The notes beneath the pieces are model-generated. The model was not told the DNA's origin and made no database searches. It saw only the letters and a program-made list of their open reading frames with translations. DNA of 64,000 nucleotides from Bradyrhizobium sp. GTDB lineage: Bacteria; Pseudomonadota; Alphaproteobacteria; Rhizobiales; Xanthobacteraceae. The stretch covers positions 4,979-68,978 of the forward strand of contig NZ_DATEPI010000104.1 in the NCBI RefSeq assembly GCF_035273305.1. Reading direction: 5' to 3'. A program made the translations under genes and the position numbers. Below, one piece after another: positions 9,389 through 21,083 of the stretch; positions within the stretch are counted from its first letter, which is position 1, and each line of letters opens with the position of its first letter.

Positions 9389-10702
9389 TCAATGTACAGC
9401 GGTTTTTTCGAACTGGCGAAGCATCTGGTTGCCGCGCTCCACCGCTGCGTCCAAGGCCTGCTTGGCGGTCTTCTTGCCGGCAAGCGCCTGCTCGATCTCT
9501 TCCGACCATACGTCACGCAACTGGACCATGTTGCCAAGTCTCAAGCCGCGAGAATTCTCGGTCGGCTCCTTGTTGGTCAACTCTTTCAGCGGCGTCTCCA
9601 GATAGGGCTGCTCCTTGTAGAAGCCTTCCGCCTTGGCCTTTTCATAAGCGGCCTTGGTGATCGGCAGATAGCCCGAAGCCTTGTGGATCTCGACCTGACG
9701 GTCCGTGTCGGAGAGGAAAGCCAGGAATTTGGCCACGCCCTTGTATTCGTCCGCCGATTTGCCGCCCATGACCCAGAGCGACGCGCCGCCGATGATCGAG
9801 TTCTGCGGCGCGCCCTTCACGTCCGGATAATAGGGCATCGGCGCGTTCGTGAAGTTGAATTTGGCCTGGGTTTTGACGTTGCCAAAGAAGGCGGACGAGG
9901 TCAGGAAAAGGGGACATTCACCGGAGGTAAAGCGGCCTTCGCCAGCGTTGGTGCGCCCGGAATAGTCGTAGGTTTTGTCCTTTTGCAGCTCGATCAACGT
10001 CTCGAGATGCTTGACCTGGAGGGGCCGGTTGAACTCGAGCACAGTGTCGAATCCATCGAGGCCGTTGGCCTTGGTCGAGAGCGGGACGTTGTGCCACGCC
10101 GACAACTGCTCGATGTTGACCCAGGTTGCCCACGCATTGGAGAAACCGCAGGTAGCGTAACCCGCAGCCTTCAGTTTCTTGGCATCGTTGAAAACTTCCG
10201 GCCAGGTTTTCGGGATTTCGGTGATGTTGGCTTTCTTCAACGCATCGAGATTGACCCACATCACGGTGGAAGACGAATTGAAGGGGAATGACAGCATCTC
10301 GCCCTTTGAGGTCGAGTAGTAGCCGGTGATGGCCGGCAGGTAGGCCTTGGGGTCGAATTTCTGGCCGGTTTCCTGCATCAGTTTATACACCGGCTTTACT
10401 GCGCCGGTCGCCGCCATCATGGTCGCAGTGCCGACTTCGAACACCTGCATGATCGCCGGAGCATTGCCAGCCCGGAACGCCGCGATACCAGCGTTCATGG
10501 TGTCCGCATAGCCGCCCTTGTACGAAGGAACCACCTTGTAGTCGCTCTGCGAGGCGTTGAAGTCGTTGGCGAGCTTGACGACCACATCGTTGTTGCCGCC
10601 GGTCATGGCGTGCCACCACTGAATTTCGGTCACCGCGTGAGCGGGACTGGCGAGCGCGAGTGTGGCCGCCAACGTGGTGGCAAGGCCGAAGTGTCGAAGC
10701 AT
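9389..10702 (-). CDS. ugpB: sn-glycerol-3-phosphate-binding periplasmic protein
   Basis: Signal peptide then TEIQWWHAM, AGIAAFRAGNAP, NSIIGGASLW, LRLGN; GGAGG SD before ATG 10702 (track ORF starts 10876). Confidence 0.93.
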   Translation of the reverse strand: MLRHFGLATTLAATLALASPAHAVTEIQWWHAMTGGNNDVVVKLANDFNASQSDYKVVPSYKGGYADTMNAGIAAFRAGNAPAIMQVFEVGTATMMAATGAVKPVYKLMQETGQKFDPKAYLPAITGYYSTSKGEMLSFPFNSSSTVMWVNLDALKKANITEIPKTWPEVFNDAKKLKAAGYATCGFSNAWATWVNIEQLSAWHNVPLSTKANGLDGFDTVLEFNRPLQVKHLETLIELQKDKTYDYSGRTNAGEGRFTSGECPLFLTSSAFFGNVKTQAKFNFTNAPMPYYPDVKGAPQNSIIGGASLWVMGGKSADEYKGVAKFLAFLSDTDRQVEIHKASGYLPITKAAYEKAKAEGFYKEQPYLETPLKELTNKEPTENSRGLRLGNMVQLRDVWSEEIEQALAGKKTAKQALDAAVERGNQMLRQFEKTAVH

Positions 10703-10983
10703 GGTATGAATCCTCCCCGTTGGATTTATGTACCTTAGCGCGATAGCAGCGCTGGATGACGCGCAAATGATCATATTAGACAAAGCAACGGAAGCCAGAA
10801 AATAGGCGCAAACGCAGCACCCCGCCGGGTCGATAGTTTGGGAGCATTGCGAGCTCGCGAGCGGATCGAGCCACATTCAAGTGCGGCCCTGTCCACGCGG
10901 CGTCCTCGTAGGTGGAAGTTAGATCGCCTTAAGCCAGCCGCGAGGAATAGCGCGGGGTTCGCGGAGGGACGAGAATCTTCGCC

Positions 10984-12189
10984 TCAGCGTTTCCGTTCAC
11001 CGCCGCAAACTACGCCATCGGCTACCAGGCTGTCGATTTCGGGCTCGGAGTATCCGAATTCCGTCAGGACCTCGACGGCATGCTCGCTGAATTTCGGCGG
11101 AGTGCGGCGCAAGCCAGGTTTGCTGCGCTCAAGCCGGATCGGCGAAGCAACCCCCTTGTACCAATCCTTTGCGATGACATCGCCGCGGTGAACGGCGTGC
11201 GGGCTGGTCAGGGCCTGATCGATGGATTGCACCGGCCCGGCCGGCAATCCCGCGGCCAGCAGGCGATCGCAGAGTGGCCCGGCATCGGACTGGCTGAACA
11301 CGGCGGCGAGTTCGTCACGCAGCGCATCGCGATTGGCAATGCGGTCCTTGTTGCGTGCGAAACGTTTATCGGTGGCGAGTTCAGCCTTGCCGATCTCCTT
11401 GCAGAGCTTGCGGAACGTGCCGTCATTGCCGACGCCGATAAAGATGTTGTCGGTGCGGGTGGGAAAGATTGCGTAGGGCACGAGGTTCGGGTGCTCGTTG
11501 CCGGTGAGCTCCGGAGGTTTGCCGTGCATGAAATAATTCGCGGCATGCGGATGCATGATGGAAAGGCCCGTTTCGTAGAGCGTGGTTTCGAGAAACTGTC
11601 CGAGGCCCGACTTCTGCCGCTCCGCCAATGCCATCAGAATGCCGATAGCTGCGTAAAGGCCGGTTGAAATGTCCACCAGTGGAACGCCGATCCGCATCGG
11701 GCCGCTCTGCTGCGATCCCGTCGCCGCAATCATTCCAGTCATCGCCTGAATAATGGCATCATATCCGGGATTGCCGCCGCGCGGACCGTCGCCGCCAAAG
11801 CCGGAGATCCGACAATGCACCAGCCGGGGAAACTTCGCCCGCAGCACCTCATTGCCGATTCCCCATTTGTCGAGCGTTCCCGGCTTGAAGTTCTCAATCA
11901 GCACGTCGGCGCGTTCCAGCATCTTCATCAGCACGGCGCGACCGGCCTCGGATGCGAGGTCCAGCCCGATCGAACGCTTGTTGCGGTTGATGCCCACGAA
12001 ATACGCGGCGTCTTCGCCGTGGAATGGCGGCCCCCAGTCGCGCACCTCGTCGCCTGCGGGTGGCTCGACCTTGATGACGTCAGCGCCGTGATCGGCCAAA
12101 ATCTGCGTGCAGTAAGGACCGCCTAGAACCCGCGTCAGGTCGATCACGCGCAACCCGGTCATCGCGCCGGAGTTAGTTTCAGTCGTCAT
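10984..12189 (-). CDS. CaiB/BaiF family III CoA-transferase
   Basis: LRVIDLTRVLGGPYCTQILADHGADVIKVEPP, NRNKRSI, catalytic-Asp motif PGYD. Substrate unknown. Confidence 0.9.
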   Translation of the reverse strand: MTTETNSGAMTGLRVIDLTRVLGGPYCTQILADHGADVIKVEPPAGDEVRDWGPPFHGEDAAYFVGINRNKRSIGLDLASEAGRAVLMKMLERADVLIENFKPGTLDKWGIGNEVLRAKFPRLVHCRISGFGGDGPRGGNPGYDAIIQAMTGMIAATGSQQSGPMRIGVPLVDISTGLYAAIGILMALAERQKSGLGQFLETTLYETGLSIMHPHAANYFMHGKPPELTGNEHPNLVPYAIFPTRTDNIFIGVGNDGTFRKLCKEIGKAELATDKRFARNKDRIANRDALRDELAAVFSQSDAGPLCDRLLAAGLPAGPVQSIDQALTSPHAVHRGDVIAKDWYKGVASPIRLERSKPGLRRTPPKFSEHAVEVLTEFGYSEPEIDSLVADGVVCGGERKR

Positions 12190-12353
12190 AGGTGGTTCTT
12201 GCAGGGTTGCCGAGCACGATCACGCCATTAAGCATCACACCCGCTTCCGCGCAAATGCTCGGCCATAGGTTGGACGGTGCAATCTCGTCTGATTTCGTTG
12301 GGATCGACCGGCGCGTGCCTTGCCGCGCCGAAGCCTGCAAAGCTATCGAAGGC

Positions 12354-12429
<76 letters not shown>

Positions 12430-12492
12430 TTGAACCTGCCGCGCGGCTTGGGACGCGGGCGGGCGCACCCTGAACATAGTTCAGGGACGATC

Positions 12493-12918
12493 TCAAGTCT
12501 CCTCGTCGCCGCCGACGTCGCCAATGATGTCGGTGACGTCCTCGTCGCCTTCCTCTTCATCGGCGATGAAGGTGGAATCGTCGTCGTCCTCGTCTTCGAT
12601 GGTCTCGTCGATTTCGATATCGTCTTCCGACTCCGGAACCACGGCCTTAACCTTGCCGGTATTCTCCTCGGCATCGGCTTCCTCGAGCGGCACCAACTCC
12701 TCTGCCTCAACCGGCTCCGGTGTTGCTTCGGCTGCGGAAGCGGCGGCCGCGGCACTGGCGCGCGCTGCGGCATCGGCGCGCGTGCGCGGCGGCGGTACAG
12801 GTGCAATTGGCACCACCTCGCCGGTGTACGGAGAGATCACCGGGTTCTTGTTGAGGTCGTAGAATTTCTTACCCGTTGTCGGGCAAATGCGTTTGGTTCC
12901 GAGATCGGATTTGGCCAC
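12493..12918 (-). CDS. TIGR02300 (FYDLN_acid) family protein
   Basis: MAKSDLGTKRICPTTGKKFYDLN followed by a very acidic tail; GTG start at 12918. Confidence 0.9.
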   Translation of the reverse strand: MAKSDLGTKRICPTTGKKFYDLNKNPVISPYTGEVVPIAPVPPPRTRADAAARASAAAAASAAEATPEPVEAEELVPLEEADAEENTGKVKAVVPESEDDIEIDETIEDEDDDDSTFIADEEEGDEDVTDIIGDVGGDEET

Positions 12919-13061
12919 GTGTGGAATCCTGGGAATTTCTGGAAAACGGTGCTTCACTTGGCTAGTTGCCGCGCCCCTGTCAATAGCGCTTTGCGGGCGA
13001 ACTGCAGCGGCGTGACGCAGCCGCGCCCATGTGGTACCTGCCGCGCGCAGAGGACACAATC

Positions 13062-14399
13062 TTGACCCAATCCGACCAGCCGAGGCCGCTTGAAGCTCGC
13101 GAAAGCGGTGCCTTGATAGGGCAGGTTCGCATCCCCGGGGACAAGTCCATTTCGCATCGCGCGCTTATTCTGGGCGCCTTGGCGGTGGGTCAAACCACGA
13201 TTTCGGGCCTGCTCGAGGGCGAAGACGTGCTGAATACCGCGAAAGCGATGCGGGCGTTGGGCGCAAAGGTCGAGCGGACCGGCGATTTCGCCTGGTCGAT
13301 GCGCGGCGTCGGGGTAGCCGGGTTCGCCGAGCCGCAGGCCCCGCTCGATTTCGGCAATTCAGGCACCGGCTGCAGGCTGGTGATGGGAGCCGTCGCAGGC
13401 TGTCCGATCACTGCCGTTTTCGACGGAGATGCCTCCCTGCGCAGCCGACCGATGCGACGGGTGCTGGACCCGCTGGAACTGATGGGCGCGCGGGTCAGAT
13501 CCAATGGAGACGGCGGGCAATTGCCGCTCACGCTCATTGGTGCGCGCGATCCGCTGCCGATCGTCTACCGCACGCCGGTGGCGTCGGCGCAAATCAAATC
13601 GGCTGTGCTGTTGGCCGGACTGGCCGCGCCGGGCACCACCACCGTGATCGAAACCGAGGCCAGCCGCGACCACACGGAACTGATGCTGAGACATTTCGGC
13701 GCCGAGATCGTTTCGGCGCGGGAAGGCACGCATGGCCGCAAGATCGTCTTGCGGGGCCAGCCTGAGTTGCACGGGATCGACATCGTAGTACCGGCCGATC
13801 CCTCATCGGCCGCATTTTTCATAGTGGCTGCCTTGATTGTCGAGGGCTCCGATCTTGTCCTGTCGGACGTCATGACCAATCCGTTGCGCACTGGGCTGTT
13901 CACGACGCTGCGCGAAATGGGCGCCGCGATCGAGCAAACTGAAAAGCGCGGCGATGCCGGCGAGCCAATGGCACGGTTGCGGGTCCGGGCGTCAAAACTG
14001 CGCGGCGTGGAAGTGCCCGCCGAACGCGCCCCATCGATGATCGATGAATATCTGGTGCTGGCGGTCGCGGCGGCCTTCGCCGAGGGCACCACGATCATGC
14101 GCGGCCTGCATGAATTGCGAGTCAAGGAATCTGACCGACTGGAGGCAACCGCGGATATGCTGCGCGTCAACGGCGTAAAGGCGGAGATCTCCGGTGATGA
14201 CCTCATTGTAGAAGGCAGGGGCCATGTTCCCGGAGGCGGGCTTGTCGCCACCCACATGGATCACCGCATCGCGATGTCGGCACTGGTGATGGGACTCGGC
14301 GCCGACAAGGCGGTCCGGGTCGATGATACCGCTTTCATTGCCACCTCATTTCCGGACTTCATCCCAATGATGCGCTCGCTCGGCGCGGAGTTCTCATGA
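13062..14399 (+). CDS. aroA: EPSP synthase (class II-like)
   Basis: [44 protein letters not shown]; TTG start 13062 after GAGGA. Confidence 0.97.
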   Translation: MTQSDQPRPLEARESGALIGQVRIPGDKSISHRALILGALAVGQTTISGLLEGEDVLNTAKAMRALGAKVERTGDFAWSMRGVGVAGFAEPQAPLDFGNSGTGCRLVMGAVAGCPITAVFDGDASLRSRPMRRVLDPLELMGARVRSNGDGGQLPLTLIGARDPLPIVYRTPVASAQIKSAVLLAGLAAPGTTTVIETEASRDHTELMLRHFGAEIVSAREGTHGRKIVLRGQPELHGIDIVVPADPSSAAFFIVAALIVEGSDLVLSDVMTNPLRTGLFTTLREMGAAIEQTEKRGDAGEPMARLRVRASKLRGVEVPAERAPSMIDEYLVLAVAAAFAEGTTIMRGLHELRVKESDRLEATADMLRVNGVKAEISGDDLIVEGRGHVPGGGLVATHMDHRIAMSALVMGLGADKAVRVDDTAFIATSFPDFIPMMRSLGAEFS

Positions 14400-15034
14400 T
14401 CATCGCCATCGATGGACCGGCGGCTTCCGGCAAGGGCACACTCGGCAAGCGGCTCGCCCATCACTATGGTTATCGCCACCTCGATACCGGGGTGATCTAT
14501 CGCGCGGTCGCCAAGGCGCTACTGGATTCTGGCGCCGATCTCACCGATGAGGCGCGAGCGGTCGCAGCCGCCCTGGAGCTCGACCCCGAAAAGTTCGGCG
14601 ATCCCGTCCTGAAAACCCAGCGGGTGGGCGATGCCGCCTCGGTCGTCTCGGCGATTGCCGAGGTCAGGCGGGTACTGGTTAATTTTCAGCGACAGTTTGC
14701 GGCCGATCCACCCGGCGCAGTCCTTGACGGCCGTGATATCGGCACCGTGATCTGCCCGAATGCGGATGTGAAAATTTTCGTGCTGGCCGATCCCAAAGTG
14801 CGTGCCCGCCGGCGAACACTGGAGGCGAAAGCGCGGGGCGAGGACGCCGACGAAGCCGAGGTTCTGGCCGATATCCTCAAACGCGACGAACGAGACCAAA
14901 ACCGGGCCGCATCGCCTTTAAAACCGGCTGCAGATGCTTACTTGCTCGATAACTCGCAGTTGGATATAGAAGGCGGCGTCCGGGCCGCCATCGAAATTGT
15001 CGAGGCCGTCCGAGCGGGCCGGCAGCCGGTTTGA
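14396..15034 (+). CDS. cmk: Cytidylate kinase
   Basis: [34 protein letters not shown]; ATGA overlap with aroA. Confidence 0.96.
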   Translation: MIIAIDGPAASGKGTLGKRLAHHYGYRHLDTGVIYRAVAKALLDSGADLTDEARAVAAALELDPEKFGDPVLKTQRVGDAASVVSAIAEVRRVLVNFQRQFAADPPGAVLDGRDIGTVICPNADVKIFVLADPKVRARRRTLEAKARGEDADEAEVLADILKRDERDQNRAASPLKPAADAYLLDNSQLDIEGGVRAAIEIVEAVRAGRQPV

Positions 15035-15269
15035 AACCGCTGCCGTCATTGGAGGAAAGCCCGCTCCAGGTCTTGAAATCGATATGCCGAGGCGAATTGC
15101 CTCGTTCAGGCTCCGGACAAAACTCAACGTATCGAACGTGCAGGCATGCTGCCGGTCCGCGATCGCGATTTTTCGTGGTTAGCGGTTGTTAGGGTTTGCG
15201 GACCCTCACACCTCGCGCGCGATACGCCCCTTAACCCGAATGGCCGGCGATACCGCATCTGGAGAACAA

Positions 15270-16970
15270 ATGGCTTCGACTACTTCTTACAATCCTTCCC
15301 GCGACGATTTCGCCGCCATGCTGGATGAATCCTTTGCCGGCGGCAATTTGCAGGAAAGCTCGGTTATCAAGGGCAAGGTGGTTGCGATTGAAAAGGACAT
15401 GGCCGTCATCGACGTCGGCCTGAAAACCGAAGGCCGCGTGGCGCTGCGCGAATTCGCAGGGCCCGGCCGCGAAAGCGAACTCAAGGTTGGTGATGAGGTC
15501 GAGGTGTTTCTCGATCGGATCGAGAACGCGCTTGGCGAGGCGGTGTTGTCGCGCGACAAGGCGCGCCGCGAGGAAAGTTGGGGCAAGCTCGAGAAGGCGT
15601 TCAACAATAACGAGAAGGTGCACGGCGTCATCTTCAACCAGGTCAAGGGTGGCTTTACCGTCGATCTCGATGGTGCGGTCGCCTTCCTGCCGCGCTCGCA
15701 AGTGGATATTCGTCCGATCCGCGACGTCGCTCCGCTGATGAACAATTCGCAGCCGTTCCAGATTCTCAAGATGGATCGCCGTCGCGGTAACATCGTGGTG
15801 TCGCGCCGCACGGTTTTGGAAGAAACACGCGCCGAACAGCGCCAGGAACTGGTGCAGAATCTCGAAGAGGGTCAGGTCATCGACGGCGTTGTCAAGAACA
15901 TCACCGATTACGGTGCGTTCGTTGACCTCGGCGGCATCGACGGCCTGCTGCACGTCACCGATATCGCCTGGCGACGGGTGAACCATCCGACGGAAGTGCT
16001 GACGATCGGCCAGACCGTCAAGGTCAAAATCATCAAGATCAATCACGAGACCCACCGCATCTCGCTCGGCATGAAGCAATTGCTGGACGATCCATGGCAG
16101 GGCATCGAGGCGAAGTATCCGCTCAATGCGCGCTTTACCGGCCGCGTCACCAACATCACCGATTACGGCGCGTTCGTTGAACTGGAGCCGGGGATCGAAG
16201 GGCTGATCCACGTCTCGGAGATGTCGTGGACCAAGAAGAACATGCATCCCGGCAAGATCGTTTCGACTTCTCAGGAAGTCGAAGTACAGGTGCTCGAAGT
16301 CGACTCGGTCAAGCGCCGGATTTCGCTCGGCCTCAAGCAGACCATGCGCAACCCGTGGGAAGTTTTCGTCGAAAAATTCCCGGTGGGATCGACCGTGGAG
16401 GGCGAGGTCAAGAACAAGACCGAGTTCGGTCTGTTCCTCGGGCTCGAGGGCGATGTCGATGGCATGGTCCATCTTTCGGACCTCGACTGGAAGCTGCCGG
16501 GCGAGCAGGTGATCGACAACTTTAAAAAGGGTGACATGGTCAAGGCCGTGGTGCTCGACGTCGATGTCGAAAAGGAGCGCATCTCGCTCGGCGTCAAGCA
16601 GCTTGAGGGCGACCCGTTCGCCGAGCCGGGCGATGTCAAGAAGGGTGCGGTCGTAACTTGCGAAGTGCTGGAGGTGAAGGAAGGCGGCATCGACGTAAAG
16701 ATTGTCGGTACCGACTTCACGACCTTCATCAAGCGTTCCGAGCTGGCGCGCGAGCGCGCCGATCAACGCGCCGAGCGTTTCGCCGTGGGCGAAAAGGTCG
16801 ATGCGCGGGTGATCCAGTTCGACAAGAAGGCCCGCAAGGTGCAGGTCTCGATCAAGGCGCTGGAAGTCGCTGAAGAGAAAGAGGCGATCGCGCAGTACGG
16901 TTCCTCCGATTCGGGAGCGACGCTGGGCGACATTCTTGGCACTGCGCTCAAGCAGCGCACTGACAAGTAA
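15270..16970 (+). CDS. rpsA: 30S ribosomal protein S1
   Basis: Repeated S1 domains (VKNITDYGAFVDLGGIDGLLH etc.); GGAGA SD before ATG 15270. Confidence 0.98.
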   Translation: MASTTSYNPSRDDFAAMLDESFAGGNLQESSVIKGKVVAIEKDMAVIDVGLKTEGRVALREFAGPGRESELKVGDEVEVFLDRIENALGEAVLSRDKARREESWGKLEKAFNNNEKVHGVIFNQVKGGFTVDLDGAVAFLPRSQVDIRPIRDVAPLMNNSQPFQILKMDRRRGNIVVSRRTVLEETRAEQRQELVQNLEEGQVIDGVVKNITDYGAFVDLGGIDGLLHVTDIAWRRVNHPTEVLTIGQTVKVKIIKINHETHRISLGMKQLLDDPWQGIEAKYPLNARFTGRVTNITDYGAFVELEPGIEGLIHVSEMSWTKKNMHPGKIVSTSQEVEVQVLEVDSVKRRISLGLKQTMRNPWEVFVEKFPVGSTVEGEVKNKTEFGLFLGLEGDVDGMVHLSDLDWKLPGEQVIDNFKKGDMVKAVVLDVDVEKERISLGVKQLEGDPFAEPGDVKKGAVVTCEVLEVKEGGIDVKIVGTDFTTFIKRSELARERADQRAERFAVGEKVDARVIQFDKKARKVQVSIKALEVAEEKEAIAQYGSSDSGATLGDILGTALKQRTDK

Positions 16971-16998
16971 GCCTTGGTTTCTTTGTCTCGATCAATTG

Positions 16999-17026
16999 GG
17001 CCCCGGTTGCGACCGGGGCCTTTTTT
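16999..17026 (+). terminator. Intrinsic terminator after rpsA
   Basis: GGCCCCGGT-TGCG-ACCGGGGCC followed by TTTTTT. Confidence 0.85.
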
Positions 17027-17161
17027 GCTGGCCCCGCCGCTGCATCTGCCTCTTGTTTTCTCCACATTGCGCCGCAATTGATGTAAGTGGGAGATCGCCT
17101 CTTGGCGGTGTGCAGAGAACACGATGCGATCTCCGGGAGCCGCTCGCGGGAGAATTTTTCT

Positions 17162-18142
17162 ATGTCGCTTGAATCAGATGTGATCGTGGATCGCCGCAGG
17201 ATTCGCCGCAAGCTGACGTTTTGGCGCGTGATCGCCGCTTTGCTTGCGATTGCCGCGGTGGTTACAGCCGGCGTGCTTGCCATGCCTGGCGCACCTAACA
17301 CGTTCAGTACGTCCGGCTCGATCGCCCGCGTTCATATCGATGGCCTGATCCGCAGCGATGCCGAGCGCGTCGAGGCCCTGGAACGGCTTGAAAATTCTCG
17401 CTCCGCGGCGGTCGTCGTTCATATCAATTCGCCGGGCGGCACAACCGCCGGCTCCGAGCAGCTTTATGACGCGCTGGTGCGACTGAAAACCAAGAAGCCG
17501 CTAGTGGTGGTCGTCGAAGGGTTGGCGGCATCGGGCGGCTATATCACGGCGATCGCGGCGGATCATATCGTCGCCCAACAGACATCGCTGGTCGGCTCGA
17601 TCGGCGTGCTGTTTCAATTTCCGAACTTTACCGATCTTTTGAAAACCGTGGGCGTGAAGGTCGAGGAAGTAAAATCGTCTCCGCTGAAAGCCGCACCCAA
17701 TGGTTATGAGCCCACCACGCCGGAGGCACGCGCTGCGCTGGATTCGCTGGTGAAAGATTCCTATGCGTGGTTTCGCAGCCTGGTGAAGACGCGGCGCGGC
17801 ATGGATGACGCGCTGCTCGATAAAGTCGCGGACGGGCGGGTCTTTACGGGCCATCAGGCGCTCGATCTCAAGCTGATCGATCAGCTTGGCGATGAGAAGA
17901 CCGCGGTAGCATGGCTGGTGGCAGAAAAGGGCGTCAAGGGCGGTCTGCCGGTCCGCGACTATAAGCTCTCGCCGCGGTTCGGCGACCTGACCTTCCTGCG
18001 AACGGCGGCTTCGATCACACTCGATGCGCTAGGTTTGGCTTCGGTGGCGCGCCAAATTGAACAGGCCGGCCTGGCGCAAGCCGTCGATCGTTTAAGCCTC
18101 GATGGCATGCTGGCATTGTGGCAGCCGCCCGGCAGCAAATGA
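17162..18142 (+). CDS. sppA: Signal peptide peptidase SppA (S49, short form)
   Basis: N-terminal TM, INSPGG, AASGGY (catalytic Ser), GSIGV, GRVFTG; ATG 17162. Confidence 0.93.
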   Translation: MSLESDVIVDRRRIRRKLTFWRVIAALLAIAAVVTAGVLAMPGAPNTFSTSGSIARVHIDGLIRSDAERVEALERLENSRSAAVVVHINSPGGTTAGSEQLYDALVRLKTKKPLVVVVEGLAASGGYITAIAADHIVAQQTSLVGSIGVLFQFPNFTDLLKTVGVKVEEVKSSPLKAAPNGYEPTTPEARAALDSLVKDSYAWFRSLVKTRRGMDDALLDKVADGRVFTGHQALDLKLIDQLGDEKTAVAWLVAEKGVKGGLPVRDYKLSPRFGDLTFLRTAASITLDALGLASVARQIEQAGLAQAVDRLSLDGMLALWQPPGSK

Positions 18143-18312
18143 ACCGCCTGGCTGCGGTCTTTCGATCCTCATTGTGCGTGGCGGGGAAGTCACAATCCCC
18201 AATCCACCGCTTTGTCACGTATTTTCGGGCCGCCCAAAATTGATTTAGCGTCTTGACAGTTCAAGGCATTTTCACGGAAATGCACCTCCGTACGTTCCGG
18301 GTCGCAGTCTCG

Positions 18313-18618
18313 ATGATCAAATCCGAACTTGTTCAGCGTATCGCCGAGCACAACCCGCATCTTTACCAGCGGGATGTCGAGAATATCGTGAACGCTATTC
18401 TCGATGAAATCGTCGCAGCCCTGGCGCGCGGCGACCGGGTGGAGTTACGAGGTTTCGGTGCATTCTCGGTCAAGCATCGTCCGGCGCGCGCTGGCCGCAA
18501 TCCGCGCACCGGCGCGCATGTCCCGGTCGACCAGAAGAGCGTTCCGTTTTTCAAGACGGGCAAGGAAATGCGCGAGCGGCTGAACCGCGACGACGGAGCT
18601 CCCGAGTCCGGCGGCTGA
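18313..18618 (+). CDS. ihfB: Integration host factor beta
   Basis: [38 protein letters not shown]. Confidence 0.96.
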   Translation: MIKSELVQRIAEHNPHLYQRDVENIVNAILDEIVAALARGDRVELRGFGAFSVKHRPARAGRNPRTGAHVPVDQKSVPFFKTGKEMRERLNRDDGAPESGG

Positions 18619-18700
18619 AGCCTTTTTGACCGCGCGCCGTCTGCGGTCGTACCGTATTCTGCAGAGCATGCCACCGGTCTCCAGCAACGCGAGAGGGATC

Positions 18701-19093
18701 ATGCGCAAGTTTGTTACCGCTGTGGTCCTGATTCCCCTGGGCCTGATCTTTCTTGTCTTCGCGGTTGCCAATCGTCATTTGGTGACGGTCTCGTTCGATC
18801 CGTTCAATTCGGCCGATCCGTCCATTGCGGTCACACTCCCCCTGTTCGTCGTGATCATCGCCGTGGCGATCGCAGGGGTGGTGACGGGCAGCACAGCGAC
18901 CTGGTTCCGGCAGCGTCATTGGCGCCGCGCTGCACGCCAGCACGAGTCGGATGCGCGCCGTACGCGAGAGCAACTAGCCGAATTGCGCGCTACCGCTGCG
19001 GCCGCTAGGTACGATCAGCAGCGTTTATCCGGGCCGATGCCGCAGCGATCCTACGGGTCCGCTGGGCGAGACAAGCAGGGCGCGACGTTGTAG
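18701..19093 (+). CDS. LapA-domain (DUF1049) membrane protein
   Basis: Two hydrophobic helices flanking FAVANRHLVTVSFDPF; typical position after ihfB. Confidence 0.75.
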   Translation: MRKFVTAVVLIPLGLIFLVFAVANRHLVTVSFDPFNSADPSIAVTLPLFVVIIAVAIAGVVTGSTATWFRQRHWRRAARQHESDARRTREQLAELRATAAAARYDQQRLSGPMPQRSYGSAGRDKQGATL

Positions 19094-19155
19094 AACGCGC
19101 CGCAGGCGCCTCGGCCGTTCCGGCCTGTCGCAATCGCCTTAACCGTGCGTTGACC

Positions 19156-19815
19156 ATGTCCTTGATCGTGAAAATTTGTGGCCTATCCACGCGCGAAACG
19201 CTTGCTGCGGCGCTGGATGCCGGCGCCGACATGGTTGGCTTCGTGTTCTTTCCGCCGTCGCCACGGCACCTGAGCCTTCTGGCGGCGCGCGACCTCGGTA
19301 ACCAGGTACAAGGCCGCGCAGCAAAGGTAGCGCTTACGGTCGATGCCGACGATGCGCTGCTCGGCAACATCGTCGAGGCGCTGCGGCCTGACATTCTACA
19401 ACTCCACGGCAGGGAACCGGTGACGCGGGTGCGCGACATCAAGCAAAAATTTGGATTGCAGGTGATGAAAGTGATCGCGGTCGAAACCGCGGCCGATCTC
19501 GGCGCATTGCCGGGTTACGGTGACGTTGCCGACCGTATCTTGTTTGATGCCCGCGCGCCTGCCGAGGCCACCCGGCCCGGCGGCCTCGGCGCGGCGTTCG
19601 ACTGGCGCTTGCTCGAACAACTCGAGCTCCAACGGCCGTTCATGGTCTCAGGCGGTCTCGATGCCCGGAATATCGCGGACGCCATTCGCATCACACGCGC
19701 CGGCGGCGTAGATGTTTCGTCAGGCGTGGAGCGCTCGCCGGGCATCAAGGATCCCGAGATGATCCGCGCCTTTATTCGCGCGGCCCGTGCAACAAAAGAG
19801 CTACTGGTTCGATGA
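19156..19815 (+). CDS. trpF: Phosphoribosylanthranilate isomerase
   Basis: [34 protein letters not shown]. Confidence 0.96.
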   Translation: MSLIVKICGLSTRETLAAALDAGADMVGFVFFPPSPRHLSLLAARDLGNQVQGRAAKVALTVDADDALLGNIVEALRPDILQLHGREPVTRVRDIKQKFGLQVMKVIAVETAADLGALPGYGDVADRILFDARAPAEATRPGGLGAAFDWRLLEQLELQRPFMVSGGLDARNIADAIRITRAGGVDVSSGVERSPGIKDPEMIRAFIRAARATKELLVR

Positions 19816-21029
19816 ATTCAGCACTGCCCAATTCCTTCCGCAGCGGTCCCGACGAGCGCGGTCATTTCGGCGGCTTCGGCGGCCGTTTTGTCGCCGAAAC
19901 GCTGATGCCGCTGATCCTCGATCTGGAAAAAGCTTACGCCGAGGCCAAGGAAGATCCGAAATTCCAGGCCGAAATGGACGGCTATCTCAAGCATTATGTC
20001 GGCCGACCTTCGCCTTTGTATTTCGCCGAGCGCCTGACCGAGCATCTGGGCGGCGCCAAAATCTATTTCAAGCGCGAGGAGCTGAACCACACCGGCTCGC
20101 ACAAGGTCAATAACGTGCTCGGCCAGATCATGGTGGCGCGGCGCATGGGCAAAAAGCGCATTATCGCCGAGACCGGCGCCGGCCAGCATGGCGTCGCAAC
20201 GGCTACACTCTGCGCGCGCTTCGGACTTGATTGCTTCGTGTACATGGGGGCGGTCGATGTGGAGCGGCAGCAGCCGAACGTCATCCGCATGGAAATGCTG
20301 GGCGCCAAAGTGATCCCCGTACAGTCGGGTACGCGCACCCTCAAGGACGCCATGAACGAAGCGCTGCGCGATTGGGTCACCAATGTGCACAACACGTTTT
20401 ACTGCATCGGCACGGTGGCTGGCCCGCATCCCTATCCGATGATGGTGCGTGACTTTCAGTCGGTGATCGGGACCGAGACGCGCGCGCAGATGCAGGAAGA
20501 AGAAGGCCGCCTTCCGGATTCGTTGATCGCCTGCATCGGCGGCGGGTCCAATGCGATGGGATTGTTTCATCCCTTCCTTGATGATCCCGGGATTGAAATC
20601 TTTGGTGTTGAGGCAGCCGGACACGGGCTGACACAGCTGCACGCCGCCTCCATTGCGGGGGGTCGGCCCGGCGTGCTCCACGGCAATCGGACCTATCTTC
20701 TGATGGATGACGACGGCCAGATTCAGGACGCGCATTCGATCTCGGCAGGGCTGGATTATCCGGGCATTGGTCCGGAGCATTCGTGGCTGCATGAAACCGG
20801 CCGGGTGACATATCTGTCGGCAACGGATGACGAGGCGTTGGCCGCGTTTCAGTTGCTGTCGCGGTTGGAAGGTATCATTCCGGCTCTGGAGCCGGCGCAC
20901 GCCATCGCCAAGGTCATGGAGTTGGCGCCGAAACGGCCGAAAGATCATTTGATGGTCGTCAATCTGTCCGGCCGCGGTGACAAGGACATTCCGCAGGTGG
21001 CGGACATCTTGCGGGGGAAGAAAGCGTGA
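19812..21029 (+). CDS. trpB: Tryptophan synthase beta
   Basis: HTGSHKVNN (PLP Lys), [33 protein letters not shown]. Confidence 0.98.
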   Translation: MNSALPNSFRSGPDERGHFGGFGGRFVAETLMPLILDLEKAYAEAKEDPKFQAEMDGYLKHYVGRPSPLYFAERLTEHLGGAKIYFKREELNHTGSHKVNNVLGQIMVARRMGKKRIIAETGAGQHGVATATLCARFGLDCFVYMGAVDVERQQPNVIRMEMLGAKVIPVQSGTRTLKDAMNEALRDWVTNVHNTFYCIGTVAGPHPYPMMVRDFQSVIGTETRAQMQEEEGRLPDSLIACIGGGSNAMGLFHPFLDDPGIEIFGVEAAGHGLTQLHAASIAGGRPGVLHGNRTYLLMDDDGQIQDAHSISAGLDYPGIGPEHSWLHETGRVTYLSATDDEALAAFQLLSRLEGIIPALEPAHAIAKVMELAPKRPKDHLMVVNLSGRGDKDIPQVADILRGKKA

Positions 21030-21083
21030 TATCGAACCGTCGCCGGATATTTCACATCTCACCGCCGGGAACAGGTCGGCTGC

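Noticed and set aside
9389-10876. Upstream in-frame extensions in the ORF track (ugpB, rpsA, rbfA, addA, trpA, sppA, TIGR02300)
   Set aside because: Downstream starts have better SD sequences and match family N-termini.
12493-12800. GAC/GAA-rich low-complexity DNA as a repeat element
   Set aside because: It encodes the acidic tail of the TIGR02300 protein.
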